A stretch of DNA of 64,000 bases from Lama guanicoe (taxonomy: Eukaryota). The translations under genes and the position numbers were made by a program. The first letter of the stretch is position 1. Each line of letters opens with the position of its first letter. Positions 1-12,205 of this stretch are shown here, one piece after another. Location: the NCBI GenBank assembly GCA_013239625.1, contig MU057356.1, positions 20,466,980-20,530,979 of the forward strand. Reading direction: 5' to 3'. A model generated the notes under the pieces. It worked only from the letters and a program-made list of their open reading frames with translations. It was not told the DNA's origin and did not search any database.

Positions 1-928
1 CTGTAGACACTGAATATTTTGCACACCTGGTTCATGTCAGTACCAAAGCAGGAATTTCAACCACAGGGCTAAGGTTTGTTTCTTAAAAGATGAAAAGTGG
101 AATGGTATCACCCAAGAGAGACTGGGCTTCCGATCATCAATTACAATGACAATTTATACTGGTGGCATTTTACAGTTTGCAGACATAATCTTGTCCATTA
201 TATTATTTGTTCCTCATAACAGCCTAGTGGGGTGAGCAGCACATGTGTGATTATCCTCACTTTACAGAAATCGGAGTTTGGAGAGGAGGGATTTTTTGGT
301 GCAAAGATCAACATCAAAATGTAGCGCTGTTTCAAAACCCTGTGTGTTGACATCATCCCCTCAGCTCTCCCGGGGACACCTCGGGTTACACAATTACTCT
401 GCTTCACCAAAGGGGAAGAGCCTCCCACAGCATTTCCCGGGAGGAACGGTTACAACAATCAAGTCCCCGAAATAAAGGCTGGGCGCACACATTCTATTTT
501 AAGGGTATTGTGCTCTAATATTTTTCCATCATTAAGGAACACATCGTTTCCTTCCTGCGTCTGCAAAATCCTGATGCCAGCAGTGTTATTAGGAACTGTC
601 AACAAAGCAGGAAAAGGGAGACTGAAGCCAAAATCAGTGACCCTCCCCCCTTCTTGAGATGCACCCTGCCACCTCAGGGGCAGTGACACAGGCTGCCGCA
701 GTGGAAGAAAAGGGTGAAAATCCCAGCTTTTATAGCTTCCTCATCCTACCCGAGCCCCACGGGTCATTGGAGGAATTTCAGAAGCTTAAGAGAATGCAGG
801 ATTAAATGGGAACAGAGAAGAAGTGCTCTGTACCTAGAAGGGCAAAGAATTTGCCCACCCTTCCCTTCGTAGAAGACTGACGTAAAGTGAATGTGAAAGG
901 AGGAGGCAGGTAAGAAACATTCCTGCTG

Positions 929-1154
929 GGCACACGTTACTGTATATCAAATAGATAAACAACAAAGACCTACTGTATAGCACAGGGGCAATATTCAGTT
1001 TCTTGTAATAACATATAATGGAAAAGAATCTGAGAAGAAAATATACGTATCTATGTATATGTATAACTGAATCACTTTGCTGTACACTTGCAACTAACAT
1101 TGTAAATCAACTACACTTCAATTTAAAAAAAAAAAGATTACTATTGAGCTTCAG

Positions 1155-1186
<32 letters not shown>

Positions 1187-1189
1187 GAG
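929..1189 (+). mobile_element. 5'-truncated LINE-1 3' UTR fragment with double A tail and TSD
   Basis: L1 3' end (…aactgaatcactttgctgtacac…tgtaaatcaactacacttcaat-A tract). Flanked by aagaaacattcctgctg (912-928) and aagaaacatccctgttg (1190-1206), 15/17 identical. Confidence 0.92.
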
Positions 1190-2714
1190 AAGAAACATCC
1201 CTGTTGACTTCTTATGTTAGCTCCGTTGATGACTTTGGCACTGGGTACCAACTCCAACTAAACAATTTGACTTCATCTATCATGGTGGGATGATTTGTTT
1301 GAGGGCCTAGAAAAGTCTCTCAGCAGGAGACAGAAGGTAGAGATGGTTTCCGCCTGGGTACCCATCTTCCACTGCCACACCCCTGCTTATGTTCCATGTT
1401 GCTGCTGCCGCAAACTGGCCTGGAGTGCAGAAGCTACATGGTGTGAAGGCACATGGTACAGAAGAGGTAGGGCCATCTTCTCTGGAGTGGGCGCCTGGGC
1501 TCCCTCCTGCCCTGGGGACAACGTGGCCCAGCCAATCTCCACGCAGAGCTATTCTAGAATATTCTGAAGAGGCCAGCATCTTCCCTTGCCTCCTCAACAG
1601 ATAACCTCAGACAGATTCCACTCAGAGGGAGAGGAAAAGAGCCCTTCTTCTTGACCCAGCTGTTCTCTTCCTGCTTAGTTGGTGGGTTGCTGTTATTTGT
1701 TTGTTTCTTTGTTTGCCAGTTGAAGCCCTGTTCCCAGTCTGCAAGCCTTTTCTCAGCACACAAATATGCTTTTTAGTAAAGATGAAGGCTTGGCTGCCAC
1801 CCACTTTGATAACTCTGGTATCAAATGTATACATCACTCCAACTGCTGTACGGCGCTATTCATATAATTACATGCTCAGTAAAGATAACCTTTGAAGCAA
1901 TTAACCTGCCCAGATCTAAAGGGTCTGAAATAATAACCAGTTAACTTCGAAAAAGAAATTTTCCTGTCCAACGTGTGCACTCCAAGACAATCCCAAATGA
2001 TGTAGTTGTTCTGAAGACCTGCCTCCTCCATGCCTCGGGAAAGGATACATTTTTTTTGTGAAATAGAATTGTCTACTGAAGTTTGACACAGGTGTTGGCT
2101 GATGGGACTTCTTCCTGGTCTTTAATTTTATTGAAGAACCAAAGATTTATCCCCTCTGTTTCTAGGGTGAAGAGATGGCCTGCGATCACATTTCTTGCTT
2201 GAGGAGAAAAGATACTGTGTCAGACTTATATGTATGAACAGAAACAGGTAAATAGTCATATTTCCTTCTGACATTGTAATTTAAACAGTGTAAGTCGGTA
2301 GGGAAGGGCTGTAATTGAAGCCAGAGTAAGTGAGGTGAAAATTACTAGGTGTGAGAGCACCTGCCTCTCATTTTAATTAGGTGACTATAATAGCAAGATC
2401 AAAACCTTTTCCTTGTCACTCAATCTGTGGAGCTTTCTAATCAAGAAACCAAAGGGCTTGTTTTGTCCTCAGGAAAGAGTGACCCAAAAAGATCCTCTCT
2501 AATTACCTGGCCAGAGCAGCAGACAGTCCTGGGGCCAGGGACAGAGCAGGGCTCAGCGGGGTACAGTGTCACGAGGGTGAGATGCTCCCAGACCAGCTCC
2601 ACCAAGGCCAGCCCCTAGAGGCTCTTAGGGACAGTCATCCCTCATCTGGCATCTTGGAGTCTGCGCTTCTGATGAGGCAAAGTAGCTGAGAAGGAAGCGC
2701 GTTGTATTGGGTGT

Positions 2715-2870
2715 CTGTGGGCCTGGGTTCTAGACCAAGCTGGCCTCCCAGTTTGTAGGGCAGTCTTTCAGACTCTCGGCATCTCGCTTTCCCCATCTGC
2801 AGAGTGGACAACGGTGGCCGCCCCGTCTACCTCCCAGGAGCGCATAAAAGTCACACGAGGTGAATGCTTC
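2715..2870 (+). mobile_element. MIR SINE fragment
   Basis: cctgggttctagacc…tttccccatctgcagagtgg resembles the MIR core. Confidence 0.55.
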
Positions 2871-3864
2871 CTGGTGCTGACAAAACTCAAAATCCCACTG
2901 TGTCCTTCTTCTCCAACTTGGCATCGAAAATGAGATCCGAGTTCTTGAAACCTTCAAATTAAATAAAAGACTTTGAGTCCCATCCCGCTGATAATGAAAA
3001 TGTCTCTCTTTCTCTCTCTTTTTTTCCCTCTCTTCTAAACACTCTTTATCTGCCAGCGAAAGCAGCCAGCCAGACCTGATTAAACAAAAGCCCTGCTTGC
3101 TCCGATAGAGTTCTGGCTCTTTCTCACCGGTGGGGCCATCTCAGCCACACGACGCTGTTTAGAGGCCTGGGGGCTCCGAACACTACAGCGCTGCTCTCCT
3201 CCTCCATTCCCGGATGGCTGGCTGGGGAGAACATCTGTGCTGTCACTGTGTCCTGCCTTCCCTGCTACCCAGGGCTCCTCCTATCTGCTTGGCCCCAGCT
3301 GCTACCTCCGCACAGGACTCTCTGGCCTTCATTATGGGCCCCTGAATGCACTGCCAGGAACACAGCTGTAAGTTCACTTGCTGCCTTGGCCAATGAGGCA
3401 ATGGTCATGGTACCAACATGTTACGCCTGGTGGCCCTGGATTGCCTATGTGTTTTGGTGACCTGCACTTGGAGCCAACACCCACTCAGCCAGTTTCCCTG
3501 AGCACATCTGCAGTGCTGTCCTGTCCAGGTCCAGAGCGTTTCCAGTCTGAGCTACTGTTAGCCTGAACGGCAGTACCACTCACTCAGTCCCCAACACATC
3601 CCTATCTCTCATCCCAAGAGTTTGTGACATTTCTTTCAGGAGGAAAACTGCTTAGTTACAACCGTAAAGCACTATACCAAACATGGAAGTGATAGTCATG
3701 GCTATATATCTCATGGTGCTGAAAGTTCTGGTTCAACACCTCTTTTTGGAGAAGATGAAATCAAGACATGAGAGGTTGCTCAATAATTCACTGCTTGTTC
3801 GTGGCCAAGCTGGAGGCAAGATGCAGGCATCCCAATTTCTAATTCATGACATGACACCATACTC

Positions 3865-4300
3865 TGTGAAGTACAGGCTCAACTTCTAAAAAAGAAGGAA
3901 CACCAGAGCTCGGAGGCTGAAAAAAAGATGGAAATTTATTTCATTCTCATGTAACAGCCCGAAAGCACATGACCCAGCATCGGTGGGGCAGCTCTGCAAA
4001 TTTCAGTGTGTGCTTTCCTACTTTATAGCCAAGAAGCCTTTCTAAGCGTGCTATTGTCTCAGTCAACAAGAAGAACAGAGGAGGGAGTGGTGGAGTATCC
4101 CCAGCCGTTTTTAAGGGCCAATCTTAGTAGCTGCGCAGAACGCTTTAGCGGGACAGGAGGGTAATCATGGCACTATGTCAGGCCCCAAGGGTGGCTGGGA
4201 ATTGTAACGTTAGTGCCTTGGGCTCTGCTATAATCAGGAGTGTGCTGGGACTTTTTGAAAAGAAAGGGGGATGGATAGAGGATATCAGCAGCCTGCCACA
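3865..4300 (-). mobile_element. MLT1 (ERVL-MaLR) solo LTR, MLT1I/J-like
   Basis: gaaatttatttcattctcatgtaacag…aagggtggctgggaattgta…gcagcctgccaca matches reverse MLT1 hallmarks. Confidence 0.6.
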
Positions 4301-4439
4301 TTCTCTGCACATAAAAGCACATCAATCTTATTGCAGAGTGCATACAAATACGTGAGTTATACACATATATATACATTTACAAAAATGAAATATAATCAAC
4401 CACCATAACTGCTACAGCGATACCAGGCTTAGGCACCCA

Positions 4440-4685
4440 GCCTTCCCCAAGCTTCCCTGGACCCCCAGGCAAAGCTGTCTCTCCCTCCTTCTCCCGTCCC
4501 CAAAGCAGCCCCTACTTAAAGGTTTCTAACAGGTACCACAACTCAGTGGAATGATTTGCTTCTCCATGAGACTATAAGCATATTAAGAACAGGAACTGAA
4601 TTTTTCTCAGCTTTATAAGTCTACAGTCAACACTGAGCCTGACAAATGGCAAGTACACAATAAACTGTTTGCTAAACTAAGTTAC
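4440..4685 (+). mobile_element. L2 3' end fragment
   Basis: gagactataagcatattaagaacaggaac…gcctgacaaatggcaagtacacaataaactgtttgct is a typical L2 terminus. Confidence 0.6.
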
Positions 4686-4769
4686 CATCAGACTTAAGAT
4701 AGTAAGAGTTGAGTCTGCACACACATCTACACAGAAGTAAAATTACTGTTGATAGTGCCAGAGTTGTCA

Positions 4770-4995
4770 CAACAGCAGTAGCACTGATCACACACTTGCC
4801 AGGTGCCAGCCACTGGGTGACGTGTTTCCCCAGCATTTGCTCACTTCATCCTCACGAGGATCCTACCTCTGTCATTTCCACTTGACAGACAAAGTAACCA
4901 AAGCACAGAGAAATGAGAGAACCTCCCCATGCCCACCGAGCTGGTAACTGGTGTACACTGGGTTTCCCCATAGCCAGTGCTTCTAACCATATTGT
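4770..4995 (-). mobile_element. MIR SINE
   Basis: cttcatcctcacgagg…ccacttgacagacaaagtaaccaaagcacagaga…gctggtaactgg…ccagtgcttctaacc. Confidence 0.6.
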
Positions 4996-6215
4996 GTCTT
5001 AGGAGGTGAGGGGGGATGGGGGGCGCTTTTCTAACATGATAAAGAAGGCCTATCAGAAACCTAGAGGCAGCCAGCACTGCAGGAAGCTACGTGATTAATG
5101 ACACGAGGGATGGGAGTCAGGCTAATCCCTAGCGACACTCTTCCAACAGCACAGACAACACCTTGCAGCCTATCCCGCAGCTCTTCCGTATGTGCACGCC
5201 CACGTCACTCCTGCAGAGAGGCTCGTCCTGTTTCCCAAGGGGCTTTCACATGGGAGATGAAGTTAGCTGCTAAAATTTCAAGTGTTAAAACCAAACAGCT
5301 AAATACATCTTCCAATACCCTAAACCCTTGACCTTCATGAGAGCTCCATCCCAGCGCCCATTCAAATACCTCAATCGTTTGCAAAAGCACAAAAAGAACT
5401 AAACATGCACTGAGAGTGGAATATAAATCAGAGGTGACCCAGGACAGCAGAGTGGGCCATGGGGGACCTGGTGATGGTGCTGGGGACACCAAGCACCTTC
5501 GTGCTGAATATGAGGGAGAGAGGTTATTTCTCTTTTCTTTGATGCTCCGCTGTGTAAGTGCCAAGAAGAATCTCCTACAACTATCTTAGGAGATTTTTTT
5601 TTAATGCAACTTGGGTTGGGGGGGAAAAAAAAGACATGATGTGGAGGGGAAAAGACAACAAGATTTGATTTCACAGGCGCTTCAGAAATAATGGCATAAT
5701 CTTATCCGTTTTCAGCAAATACAATCTGAAGCATTCAAGCTTCCGATAAAGGTGTNNNNNNNNNNNNNNNNNNNNNNNNNNNNNNNNNNNNNNNNNNNNN
5801 NNNNNNNNNNNNNNNNNNNNNNNNNNNNNNNNNNNNNNNNNNNNNNNNNNNNNNNNNNNNNNNNNNNNNNNNNNNNNNNNNNNNNNNNNNNNNNNTGAAC
5901 TGGTTTCCTAGGAAACCCTGAAAAAAATGTAACAGGATATCTCTTAGAGGGAGTTCAAGGACCAGGGCTCTTCTCTACTTACTGATTTTTTTTCTTTTTT
6001 GCAGTGTTTAATATCTGCCTCTCCCCCTCCCCACAGTGGAAGCCAGGAGGGTAGAAGTTCTCTCGTCCCCAGAAGTCTGAGTGTCCTCTCGTTAACTAAG
6101 TGCCCGCTCTACACAAAGGAAAAATATTTGAGCCACGTGGATCCTTCATGACTCTCTGCAGCAATTTGAAGTAAGAAATTACAGGAATAGAATGTGAATC
6201 TTTTGCTTTTCCAGC

Positions 6216-6237
6216 AAAAAAAAAAAAAAAAAAAAAA
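6216..6237. repeat. Poly(A) tract (~22 nt)
   Basis: Read directly. Confidence 0.9.
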
Positions 6238-8344
6238 GGAAAATCTTCAAATCCCAACTAAGAAATTAAGGGGGGGAAAAAGCCAACCCACTCTTTTTCA
6301 AATCATGTCTAAATTAATTTGTTTCAAGGTCTTCAAATCCCATTTATTTTAGGTTTATTTTTACTCTGGCTCCTCATCCGTCTCTGTGATGTGCCAGCAT
6401 ACGCCAGCTGACAGAGTGTGCTGGAATCAGCAAGCGTACACGTTTCCCAAGTTCAGCTGCAAGATCACCAGGGTCCAGAGCGGCCAGAGAGACTGTAGAT
6501 GCAGAGCTGGGGTATCCGCAGGTCGGGTACCTTCCAAGGAGCACGGGCTTGTTGGCCGTGCCACCTCCCCTGGCCCTGATTTCCATCATTCATCACTCGT
6601 GTCAAGAGAAAGTCAAAATAGGAAAAGTGAAAGAACATCTGGGTTGCGTGGGAAGGAGTTAAATGTGATTCTAAAATAAATAAGGCCTCACAGCTTCAAG
6701 TTTCACTTATTCAAAAACTGGAGATGAAAATGTTGCTTTAAAGAAGTTGGGAATCTTTTTGTGGGTGGGCAAGGGTGGGAGAGGGCTGCCGCCTCATGCA
6801 AAGTCCGTCACTCGGAGGTCCTCTCACCCACTCTCAGGGCCGAGAACTGGGGAGAGCCCAGACAGGACAGTGGGGCCGGAGGGCAGAGGGTGGCGGACCC
6901 CCTCCCAGCAGCAGCAGGCCACGCCCACCACACCTGTCTTCCTCAACCCCCCAGACTGAGTAAGGATGATGTTCTGGGCGGAAACTTCTTCAATCTGCAA
7001 ACAATACCACTGTTGCGCTTTCAGGATCTTTGAGGAGAACCGGTGTCAAAGTCCTGAGGGTCATCAAAATACTTAATAACTGCCTTTTTAAATGGGACAG
7101 TGTAAGGACTTGCCCTGGAAGAGGGAAGAACTCAGAATCTGAAGGCTTTTCACTAAGATCAGAAGCTTGTGAAATGCCCAACCAACAAAATCAAGCTGAC
7201 GCGCACAACGGTTATCCCTGAGGCTTCGTGAGTCCCAGCTCACGCTGAAGGGCACAGCGGGCCCCAGAGGGAGCCCACAACGAGCCCCCCATCCCCGCCA
7301 CATTTTTTATTGCAGGTTGAACTGGATCACAGTGAATATAAGGAACCTCATTGGAAGGTGGGAAATTCAGTTCTTAACGCAGCTTGTGGGGATACCTAGG
7401 GAGAGGACAAAGCAACCTTTCCCATTTGCCTTGGTACAAGGAGGAGGCAGGTGAGAATGAACGGAGGCTACATGTGAAAACCTCAGGCAGTGGCAGGCAC
7501 TTGGGTGCCCTGCTCCCTTGCCTCTAGTTTTGATTACAGCATCCTACTTCCCTTTTCAAGAGTTAATGCCCCTTTAGGTGTTTGTCCTGATGGGACCACT
7601 ATTAAGGCTAGGTGTCCTCCCCTCACCAAGAGAGAGATAGGTGACCCAAGCTAGATCTAAGTCTTTTCCCCAGAATCTTAAGAAGGATATTCTCAGTGGT
7701 TGGTACGCATACCTGAACAAAAGGAATGTCACCAGATGTACCCTCCAAAGCGCAGGTCCACGTGGAAGTTGTGCTGGACGGAGACAGGGAAACACCCATA
7801 TGCCCTAAGGTCTCAGGTAAGTGCCATTGGAAGGGGACAGCATGTGGTGTATGCCAGGAAGTGAGACGGGAAGCAGAAGCCGCTGTACGAGCCCTAAGTC
7901 TACCGCGAGTGGGGCTGCGGGCTGCCTCATTCAGACCAGTCCTCCTGCCAGCCCTTGCGGAAGGCGTGGTGGTTAATGGCGGTTTGCACCCAGCTTCAGG
8001 GAATCTTTCGGCCGGGGCACTGAACCCTCTGGACAAAGCACACAACTTGGAGACCAAACCAACATGACACGTAGTCAAGATTGAATGAAGGAAAATGGGA
8101 GTTTGTTATCAGGAAATGAGGGTCTCTCAAATACTGGATGCAAGAGTTCATTGGGCCATATGATGGCCTGGAACCCAGAACTGGAAATCAAGAACTGGAA
8201 AGAAGAATCTCTGTGTCCCTGGGCCCCCTGGCCTCCAGTGCCCTGTCTTAAGTTTAGAGACTGCCCATCTCTGACTCCCTGCCCATGGATCTAAAGTGGC
8301 CACTTCAGAAAGGCAATCTGAGCTTCCAAAGCACATCACTTTCT

Positions 8345-8519
8345 TTCCTTTTTTCTTTAAATTAAAGTGTAGTTGATTTACAATGTTGTGTTAGTCTCTG
8401 GTGTACAGCGTAGTGATTCAGTTCTATGTACATATACACATGTTCTTTTTCATTATAGGTTATCACAAGGTATTGAGTGTAGCTCCTGGTGCTGTACAGT
8501 AGGACCTTGTTGTTTATCT
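8345..8519 (-). mobile_element. 5'-truncated LINE-1 3' UTR fragment with perfect 12 bp TSD
   Basis: Reverse L1 3' end (gtagttgatttacaatgttgtgttag…gtacagtaggaccttgttgtttatct). acatcactttct occurs at 8333-8344 and 8520-8531. Confidence 0.92.
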
Positions 8520-8759
8520 ACATCACTTTCTGATGCAAACAGCTGGCAGTCTGACCAGGCTGAGTCTTAGCCTTGGGATCTGGGATTGGAGCCTGGGGTC
8601 TGGAGTCCATAGCTGGGGTGGCCCGTGTCCCTGGAGGCCTGGCAGCCATCCTGCCCAGCCAGATCACAGTGTACCTGTGCCCTGGAACCTCCATGCAGAC
8701 CCGGGCATCACCTGCCCACTGGCCAATGTCTCCGGCACCATCTAAAGACAGAAGGGAGG

Positions 8760-8945
8760 AGCCAAGTCTGATTTTGGAGTTTGATCATTACTACTTTTAA
8801 GCTGGGGTCCTTGGGAAAAATCACTGAATCTTTTTGAGTCCCAGCTTCCTCTTTTAAAAAAATAAGAAGGCTTTTGAGGAGAGAATTAAATCAGATAATT
8901 TAAGAAAATAGTGGGCACACACTGGCTGTCAATAAATGGCAGTCA
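8760..8945 (+). mobile_element. MIR SINE
   Basis: ccttgggaaaaatcactgaatctttttgagtcccagcttcctc…aattaaatcagataat…tcaataaatggcag. Confidence 0.6.
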
Positions 8946-9629
8946 GCCCTCCCATTCTCCCCTTGACTTGTCACACAGAGGGGTGGGGGGACAGGGTCCC
9001 TTTCCTCTGGAGTTCACACGGTCCTGAGGTTTCAGACACACGAAGGCAGTGCTGGATTTTTCTTAGCTTTGTTCGAAGGTCTGTTCTGACTGTAAATACC
9101 AATTTGTTGAGCCCGCTCTGACACCCAGACTCTGCATGTGAGAGCATTAGGCTGAGTGACAACACTGTAAGTGGTCTCTGTGCCTTGAATGTGTTTAAAC
9201 AAACATGACATTCTCCGCGGCTAATGTGACTCAATAGGTGCTCAATGTATTTTTACTCCTTAATGGTAAAAATTGCAATAGATTTTTTCCTCCAGAGTAT
9301 CAGAGCCCCAGCTGTCAGGTGAGGAGGGAAGAATTTCAATACATGCATTGTATTCGGAGACGGGGTGAGGTGTGCGGGGCTTGAGTGCAGTGCGGAGGGG
9401 ACAGGAGTTTTAAGACTACACACCCCTGGCTTGGCCAGGCCTCTCTGGTTGTTTTTAGTGTTAGGTTGACAAGAACTGTGACATAATTCTAATGACCACA
9501 CACACACATACACACAAAACGACAATCGAATGCATTTTCCCAAAATGTTTCTCAGAAAATTGGAAATGGGTTCATCCCGTGAGCAGACAGGGGTGGCTCG
9601 TCCTGGGGCATGTTGCCCTTCTAGGGGCT

Positions 9630-9830
9630 GGAAGAGCGGGCAAGCCGAGACGAGAGGGAGGTGGCGCGCCAAGCGCTCTGGTGACGTGCGGCCCACAGAG
9701 AGGCCAGGGGCGGGGCCTCCGCCCAGGGGGCGGGGCTGGAGGGGCTCTGAGAAGGCTTCTTGGAGGAGGTGGCTCTCCCGCTGTGTCTTGAAAGATGAGT
9801 GGGAATAAGCGCATGCGGGGGGATGACAGT
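9630..9830. promoter_or_regulatory. Small CpG-rich promoter-like element (GC boxes, CRE-like, NRF1-like)
   Basis: GGGGCGGGGC at 9707-9716 and 9727-9736, reverse GC box CTCCGCCC at 9717-9724, TGACGTG at 9682-9688, GCGCATGCG at 9809-9817, locally high CpG. Confidence 0.5.
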
Positions 9831-10321
9831 TGAGCCTGGGGGTGGATGGCAGAGAGGGGCTGTTTCACAAGAAAGAAACAGCGCATATACACAAAGGCTC
9901 AGTAGAACACGGCTCCTGAAGGAACACGCGGGCACCCCAAGGCTTCCAGTCTACACCACTCTCTGTCACTGGTAGTGGCTCTGCTTCTGCGACGGAACCC
10001 GTGATGTCATCACCTTTATCATACAGTTTGCAAAGGTACTCGGGTCCCTCTCCTTATTCTCTTCCATTAATCAATATTTGCATTTGCCTCCGTACAACAC
10101 AGATAGTTATGGTCGTTTTAAAGCAGGGAAAGCAAAACTATCACGCTGTTCTGTTTTCAGCATTTCCTTGGCATTTCCCAGATATTTATTCATCCACATA
10201 TGTTGTAGCCATGACTGGGATATAGCTATCCCTGATTCAGAACAACATCCTATTGAAGCATCCTGTAGAGAGTGGACTTTTAAACCAGAGTTCCTGACCC
10301 CCTTGAAATTACATGTGAAAT

Positions 10322-10343
10322 TGTGTGTGTGTGTGTGTGTGTG
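10322..10343. repeat. (TG)11 microsatellite
   Basis: Read directly. Confidence 0.95.
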
Positions 10344-11179
10344 ACCAGAGATGCTATGAAAGGTGGTCACACTAAGGCATAATACTTTTCTAATCACCCT
10401 ACCTTTTCCAAATCTCCTACAAAGCACATAGCAGGCAAATCAGGGTGACACATCCACAGTAAAGAGGAATGCATTGCATACACAGACTGCCTTCTCTAAA
10501 ATTTGTGAGAGGTACTCTGGAGAAGGACAGAGTTAATGGACTTTCTCCCCAGATCCAGCTAGGGATGATATAAACAGTGACATTGCCTCGTGAGTGTGAC
10601 CAAGAATCCAGGGGGTGCATCGGAGGAGGCCAGGAGCACACGCCCGCAGAGCGAAGTGGGGCACCTCTTGCATTCGCCGGCAGGGCTGTCATGAAGCACG
10701 AGAAGATCACTGTGTCACGTGCTCATCTCTCATTTATTATTTACGTCCCACCTGCTTCTAAAAGGATGTGACACCACTTTCAATGAACAGCACAGATATG
10801 AAAGAACCATGCAACCTCAAAACTAAAGTCAGAAGGCAAGAGCCAAGAAAGAGAGAAGGCAAAAGGGGGAGGTGGTCTATAGAATAATTATACCAGGAGG
10901 CATTGGCTTAGCGCCGAACTTCTTGGCTTCCAAGAGAAAACAAAAAGAAAGCAAACAATGGGATATAGTTTCCTTTAGCTAGTAACAGGAAACAGGTCAT
11001 CAGAGAGGCGTTGGATTCCCTCCTGGGAATTCTGGTCCCTCTGGCCAGAGAGAGCCAGGCAAAGGGAGGAGAACGGGTGTGAGTCCCTCCCCAAACATCC
11101 GGCCCCCTGCAGGGACATGTGTCCATTTAAAAAGCACTAATTTTCTGGTATATGAGAAACAGGTTCCCTTGCAGAACTG

Positions 11180-12205
11180 TTCATTTTTCTTATCAAATAT
11201 TTACTGGGTACCAGCTCTGGCCAGACTCCACACTGAAGATTTAAAAGTGAGAATAAGAACCTGGAGCCTTCCTTCAAGGAACTCACAGTCAGGGAAGGTA
11301 GATGTGAGCAGATAATTAAAATGAACCTGGATAAGTGTCCCAGAAGAGGGGTGACCATCAGCATGAAAACACAGAAGGGAGCCAGAAACTTCACTTGGGA
11401 GGGATGTCAGTGTCTATGATACCAGGGTCGGGGAAGAGCAGCCAGTTGTGGCAGAAAGGAGTAGGATGGCACTTGTGGGGTGTAGAGTGCATGGTCACAG
11501 TTGAAGACATGGTGGCTTGGCAATTTGGCTGCAGTGAAACCGTGATGGATCTTTTATGTACTGCTAAAGAATATGGGCTTTAAGGCATGGAAGCAACCTA
11601 AATGTCCATCAACAGATGACTGGATAGAGAAGGTATGGTATGTGTATACATATATATCTAGTGGAATACTACTCAGCCATAAAAAGAATGAAATAATGCC
11701 ATTGGCAACAACATGGATGGACCTAGAGATTATGAAACTAAATTAAGTAAGCCAGAAAGAGAAAGACAAATATATGATACCATGTGGAATCTAAAAAATG
11801 ATACAAATAAACTTATTTACAAAACAGAAACAGACTCACAGACATAGCAAACAAACTTATGGTTACCAAAGGGGAAAGGGGAAAGGGGGAAGGATTAATT
11901 GGCAGTTTAGGTTAGCAGATACAAACTACTATATACAGAACAGATAAACAAGAAGGTCCTACTGTACAGCACAGGGAACTATAGCCAATGGCTTGTAATA
12001 ACCTATAATGAAAAAGAATATGAAAAGAACATATACATGCAACTGAATCACTAGGCTGTACACCAGAAGTTAACACAGCATTGTAAGTCAACTACTCTTC
12101 AATAAAAAATTTTAAAAATCATAAAGAATCTAGGCTTTGGCAGGAGAACTATCAAAGATGTTTAAGCAGGAAGTAATGAACTCAGATTATGGGTTTTGTG
12201 TTTTT
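11180..12205 (-). mobile_element. L2 fragment interrupted by a younger L1
   Basis: tcaaatatttactgggtacc…ccttcaaggaactcacagtc on the left. L2-like gtttaagcaggaagtaatgaactcagatt resumes after the L1. Confidence 0.6.
11582..12121 (+). mobile_element. 5'-truncated LINE-1 (ORF2 C-terminal remnant plus 3' UTR) with TSD
   Basis: catggaagcaacctaaatgtccatc…gaatactactcagccataaaaagaatgaaataatgcc…cttcaataaaaaa. TSD taaagaatatgggcttt (11565-11581) and taaagaatctaggcttt (12122-12138). Confidence 0.95.
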
